Source: Tubiluchus corallicola | Taxonomy: Eukaryota; Animalia; Priapulida | Length of the DNA: 64,000 nt | Direction: 5' to 3' | Assembly: GCA_030141605.1 (NCBI GenBank) | Contig: JAQGDQ010000001.1 | Coordinates: forward strand, 744,001-808,000 | In this document: positions 63,101-64,000 of the stretch, piece by piece | Layout of the letters: each line of letters starts with the position of its first letter | How positions within the stretch are numbered: position 1 is the stretch's first letter | Translations under genes and position numbers: made by a program | Notes under the pieces: model-generated | Told to the model about the DNA's origin: nothing | Databases searched by the model: none | Seen by the model: the letters and a program-made list of their open reading frames with translations, nothing else

Positions 63101-63938
63101 CACTATACAAAGTGACTTTAATTAGTAGTCTTGCAATATAACAATCCGGAAAATGGATGTATTGCTGTACGAACTGATAAGAAAAAATGGTATGTTGTAA
63201 TGCACGATGTCTCCTGCAACCCCAGTGTACAGCCAAAGGAATAACATCATTAAATTTGAAACCAAAAAAATCAACAGTTACACACCTCTCTATTAATTAA
63301 GTGCAGTCGCTTAGCTCTGCTTCCAAGTACAAATGAAAACTCGCTGACTTGAGCTAGACCACCGGAAACTATCCATCGCAAGTGAGAAACTTTTCTTGGA
63401 ATCAGGCACATCAGCACCAAAATGCTTGCTATAAACTAAAAACAACATTAGGAACTTACAGTGCCTTTTGATATAAACATTCAAAAAGCCGCAGACTATA
63501 AAAGTAATAAATATTTAGCTTTATTCATGAACAGGCTTATCCATACGTTTCTCTGCAGAGTTCATAATAGAAATTGGTTTTCGTGGGTGGCACGTCCTCA
63601 GAAAATTTAAGAAGCTAACCACACTTTTGTATGTATAGACGGTTCGGGCAATAATTTGAAAAAATATGGTGCAAAGGTTTAGCAAAACACATAATGTGGA
63701 CAGCCGGTCGGGATCCTACGCAATATACGATTAAGTGTAGCAGGCGAAGCCAGTGGATCTCTTTTTTTAAGGAAATATATATTGTTTTTTCGTATATTTG
63801 CTAGTAAAGTGTATGACTACTCAAGCACAGTGAATAAGGCATGGAAATATGTACTTACTTTTATCATAATCACAGCAAATGTTAGCCAGACAACTATTGT
63901 GAGCTCATATGCAACAAATGATGGGAAAACATGCAGAC
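60160..63938 (-). CDS. TMCO3: Transmembrane and coiled-coil domain protein 3 (CPA2-type cation/H+ antiporter), 3' exons; the rest lies beyond the window
   Basis: Minus-strand exons 63938-63859 (GLHVFPSFVAYELTIVVWLTFAVIMIK), 63435-63286 (..WIVSGGLAQVSEFSFVLGSRAKR..RE), 61500-61418 (AYLLIVSITSLSLLFAPFLWR..) and 60205-60169 (AGVAKVTRCIPQ). The stop is either read-through TAA at 60162-60160 or in a further small exon. Confidence 0.92.
60461..60642. repeat. 90-bp tandem duplication in a TMCO3 intron
   Basis: CAAAAAACATGGCACTATAG...AATTTACTGTC occurs twice, differing by a 1-bp indel. Confidence 0.95.
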
Positions 63939-64000
63939 CTGCAAACAAGTCGACAATCCACAGTCAGTATATCAATATTAAAGTGGCCCTGACATATTAG

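Noticed and set aside
63560-63770. CpG-rich intronic segment with GGCGAAGCC mini-hairpin (Helitron-like end)
   Set aside because: Boundaries and terminal motif could not be established from one copy.

Overview
AT-rich genomic DNA from an invertebrate animal (inferred from GT-AG introns with TTTCAG-type acceptors, an eEF2K gene and LINE/SINE/DNA-transposon debris). I reconstructed six protein-coding genes by hand: the 3' end of TBL1X/TBL1XR1 (+, 87-2347), a single-pass LRR receptor of tartan/capricious-like architecture (+, 14483-17653), endonuclease V (-, 28331-20744), RFC1 (+, 32737-41434), eEF2 kinase (+, 46292-56498) and the 3' part of TMCO3 (-, >63938 to ~60160). ENDOV and TMCO3 are mostly invisible in the ORF track. 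Introns and intergenic DNA hold pogo/Tigger-, hAT-, Kolobok-, Harbinger-, Helentron- and Academ-like elements, five LINE remnants and a three-copy tRNA-derived SINE family. I found no convincing new multi-gene system. The best leads are an almost intronless RFC1 among intron-rich neighbours, a phase-compatible alternative linker in eEF2K, a cluster of RFX X-box-like motifs in the RFC1 intron, and a compact ENDOV/RFC1 head-to-head promoter. All family assignments come from recognising motifs by eye, not from database searches.
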